Shown piece after piece: positions 42,374-43,252 of a stretch of DNA of 43,252 bases. The stretch comes from Candidatus Woesearchaeota archaeon (GTDB taxonomy: Archaea; Nanobdellota; Nanobdellia; Pacearchaeales; GW2011-AR1). Below the pieces are notes generated by a model. The model was not told the origin of the DNA, ran no database searches, and saw nothing but the letters and a program-made list of their open reading frames with translations. Numbering within the stretch: position 1 is the first letter of the stretch; each line of letters starts with the position of its first letter. The DNA lies in NCBI GenBank assembly GCA_964530285.1, contig CAZGZN010000001.1:1-43252 (forward strand), written 5' to 3'. The position numbers and the translations under genes were made by a program.

Positions 42374-42775
42374 ATGATGATAGAAACAATATTTAATGCT
42401 ATAATGGAATTAAACTTCATTTATGCATTTATTGGATTCGTTCTGGCATTGTTTCTTGCAGCATTTATTCTCCATATATCAACAGGATTATTAGGATATA
42501 AAAGAGGATACGAAACAGCTTTTGGAGTCAGCTTCTTAGCCTGGTTAATTTTAGTTCTCCTTGGATGGATCCTAGGAAAGATCAATCTAACACTTTCAGC
42601 AACCCTTTCCAGCATAATTGCACTATTTGTTTGGATTCTTTTGGTAAGAAAGTATTACAAAACATCTTTTTGGAGAGCAATAATTATTTTCTTAATCAAT
42701 ATCGGAGTTCAAATCATAATCTACCTAATCGTTTTGTTATTTGCGATCCTCTTTGGAACAATAAGTTATATCTAA
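42374..42775 (+). CDS. Small integral membrane protein (4 TM)
   Basis: Hydrophobic profile. The ATG lies ~22 nt downstream of the palindromic ATATTTAAATA. Confidence 0.55.
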   Translation: MMIETIFNAIMELNFIYAFIGFVLALFLAAFILHISTGLLGYKRGYETAFGVSFLAWLILVLLGWILGKINLTLSATLSSIIALFVWILLVRKYYKTSFWRAIIIFLINIGVQIIIYLIVLLFAILFGTISYI

Positions 42776-42810
42776 CAAACATTTAAATATCTAAAATTTC
42801 TACTAAAACT

Positions 42811-43252
42811 ATGAAAGAAAAGATGAATGCCGAAGAAAAATTTGAACTGGTAAAAAGAAATACAGAAGAGATTATAGGAGAAGCAGATTTGAAGAAAATG
42901 TTGAAAGAAGGAGGAAAATTAAAACATTATATCGGCTTTGAAATCTCGGGAAAACCTCATCTAGGTCATGGTCTTGTTTGCATGTCAAAGGTAAAGGATT
43001 TTCATGATGCGGGATTTGAAGTATCTATTTTTCTTGCGGATTGGCACTCTTGGATAAATAATAAACTGGGGGGAGACATGGAAACAATTCAAAAAGTAGG
43101 GGTTCCCTTTTTTAAAGAAGCCCTTATCGCAGCTTACAAGTGTGTTGGTGGAAATCCCATGGACTTGAAATTTGTTCTTGGTTCTGAACTTTATCACAAT
43201 AATGATAAATATTGGGAAACAGTAATTGATGTTTCAAAGAACACGACTCTTG
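42811..43252 (+). CDS. tyrS: Tyrosyl-tRNA synthetase, N-terminal part (runs off the window end)
   Basis: My own translation is MKEKMNAEEKFELVKRNTEEIIGEADLKKML..YIGFEISGKPHLGHGL..FLADWHSW... It parallels archaeal TyrRS (..MIKRNTSEII..YIGFEPSGKIHLGH..LLADLHAY). Absent from the ORF track because there is no stop within the window. Confidence 0.8.
   Translation, partial: MKEKMNAEEKFELVKRNTEEIIGEADLKKMLKEGGKLKHYIGFEISGKPHLGHGLVCMSKVKDFHDAGFEVSIFLADWHSWINNKLGGDMETIQKVGVPFFKEALIAAYKCVGGNPMDLKFVLGSELYHNNDKYWETVIDVSKNTTL

Overview
Visibly AT-rich, very gene-dense archaeal chromosomal segment dominated by information-processing genes. These include rpoH-rpoB-rpoA-L30e-nusA-S12-S7 (minus strand, 9.9-18.6 kb), S2, L7Ae-S28e-L24e, MCM with an RPA32-like OB/winged-helix gene, a RecJ/Cdc45-like DHH protein, ABCE1, Kae1, Cbf5, TrmY, Rpp30, GatD, GatE, GatC/GatA, and Met-, Gly- and (partial) Tyr-tRNA synthetases. 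Also present are a form II/III-type RuBisCO, a minimal NifS/IscU Fe-S operon, thioredoxin, ferredoxin, a patatin-like lipase, RadC/JAB, and several small membrane or zinc-ribbon proteins. Short proteins, missing accessory domains and leaderless-type promoters fit a reduced-genome (DPANN-like) archaeon, but that placement is inference. I found no rRNA, tRNA, CRISPR array, transposase, integrase, reverse transcriptase or recognisable multi-gene defence island, and I do not see a convincing new multi-gene system. The most unusual signals are architectural or non-coding: (1) a 405-bp cassette with terminal inverted repeats and a flanking direct duplication that carries a 92-aa Cys-rich membrane ORF (20.4-20.8 kb); (2) a family of related hairpin repeats in the few long intergenic spacers; (3) a candidate minus-strand structured ncRNA with its own consensus promoter and stacked terminators in the L24e-gatC spacer; (4) a box C/D-like (K-turn-like) GC-rich leader in front of the L7Ae gene; (5) an unsplit, compact rpoA; (6) an ATP-cone/PD-(D/E)xK nuclease fusion; (7) a eukaryote-type cN-III-like 5'-nucleotidase translationally coupled between gatC and gatA. 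Several ORF-track starts (TTG/GTG) were moved to downstream ATGs, based on a consistent TATA-to-ATG spacing of about 20-24 nt or on stop/start coupling.
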